Below, in pieces: positions 62,897 to 64,000 of a DNA stretch of 64,000 bases. Position 1 is the first letter of the stretch. Every line of letters begins with the position of its first letter. Position numbers and translations under genes: made by a program. The notes below the pieces were generated by a model. It was not told the DNA's origin and did not search any database. It saw nothing but the letters and a program-made list of their open reading frames with translations. The stretch comes from Camelus ferus (taxonomy: Eukaryota). The stretch spans positions 8,930,001-8,994,000 of the forward strand of contig NC_045697.1 of the NCBI RefSeq assembly GCF_009834535.1. The letters are read 5' to 3'.

Positions 62897-64000
62897 TTGT
62901 CTAAGGTCATGTACATAATAAGTTGGAGAGCTGAGTTTTAAATCCAGGTTTGTTAATATCTGAAGCTTGTGTTCTCTTATGAAATGATGTGTATAACCAT
63001 GGACAAGGAATACAGCTGAATACTTCTATGAAGAGAACACCCTCATTAGCTCTTCGATTCCTCTCAGATATGCTTTGTACAGAAAAGGCAAGATGTATGC
63101 TTGATTTTAAACCAGCCTCCTCCTGTCTAAGGCTGTGCAGTTCTCTGAAGAAAAGCCCAGGATTAACACATATTTTCAGCATCTCCTCAGGAAGGGAATG
63201 AAGTGCTTCTGGCCTCACGTAACGATCTGATGAAATATACAAGCTTTTTCTTGTTTCTTGTCAAATGATTTCCAACCTTTTTATACCAACGAGGTCTCTT
63301 TTATTAACTCCCTGCAAAGTATAACATATTTTGAAAGATTTTTGTCAAGCAAACTGCACTTAATAATAAATATTTAATTCACTTCCCCATTTGAATTTAA
63401 TCAACTGCACATATAACCTTTAATCATAATTTCTGATCTACGTGTCTACTGCTAGCACATTGAGTTGGTTTTAATTTCAGTGAAAAACAAGGATATTTTG
63501 GTTAATCTGTACAGCCTTAAATTCAGTTAGGATTTTAAGGGTAATAGAAATGCCTTGTGAATCCCCTGGTCACCTCTGCAGACTCCTGTGGGTTGGGGGT
63601 CCCTGCTCTAGAGTCTGGCGGTCTGCATTCCAGTAAGCTGGCTGGTTCCCACTACAGCCAAAGGTGCAGGAGAGGCTTCAGTCAGAAGGAAGATGGGTTT
63701 TCTTCTGTCTCAGGCTCCTCCTGATGCCTCACATGGCTTCTGATCCAGCATGAGCCCTGGTGGTCCTGGGCCTACTCAGCCCCTGATGTTGATCACTTCC
63801 CACCTGTAGTCTCAGCCAGGCTGAAAGCCAAATTCTGGGGTATTTTAGGAGCCCCATCCACAAGGGTAGGTGGCACCTAGAATCAGTCTTGCTTAGATCC
63901 CTGCCTGGTGCCCTGTAGATCGCTTTCTTCTGAGCCCTTGTCATGCTCTTCTGCCCACCATGAATGAGTTCTGTCTGAAAAGCATTTACTGAGCACCTGC

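Noticed and set aside
10..63944. Short ORFs of the six-frame track as genes
   Set aside because: All are under 150 aa, many have non-ATG starts, most overlap repeats or microsatellites, and none shows a recognisable domain other than L1 remnants
1..64000. CRISPR array, prokaryotic defence system, tRNA/rRNA or CpG-island promoter
   Set aside because: No regularly spaced direct repeats, no structured RNA gene recognised, and CpG is depleted throughout

Overview
Eutherian mammal genomic DNA, non-coding as far as the sequence shows. I found no protein-coding exon I can recognise, no RNA gene, no CpG island and nothing prokaryotic (no CRISPR array or operon). A large part of the window is interspersed repeat: ancient mammal-wide elements (MIR, L2, L3/CR1, MLT1 MaLR LTRs, MER DNA transposons, L1MB/MC/ME), several ERV solo LTRs with intact TG..CA ends and 4-bp target-site duplications (TSDs), and younger cetartiodactyl-type L1 3' ends with visible TSDs. 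The L1 3'UTR type, together with no recognisable Alu, B1/B2, BovB/Bov-A, PRE-1, CHR or SINEC, suggests a camelid (inference). The ORF track consists of chance ORFs and L1 ORF2 remnants. The most interesting signal is a possible chimeric retroposon. At 29.4 kb a young-type L1 3'UTR is fused to an ancient L1MC/ME-like terminus. That terminus occurs again at 39.3 kb as a separate TSD-flanked insertion inside an ERV1 LTR, which suggests it was mobilised as a family. Other points: a possibly polyadenylated ORF1-only L1, multi-level nested insertions, and several repeat-free, motif-dense candidate enhancers. Subfamily names are from recalled consensus sequences, not database searches. Boundaries are approximate unless a TSD is quoted.
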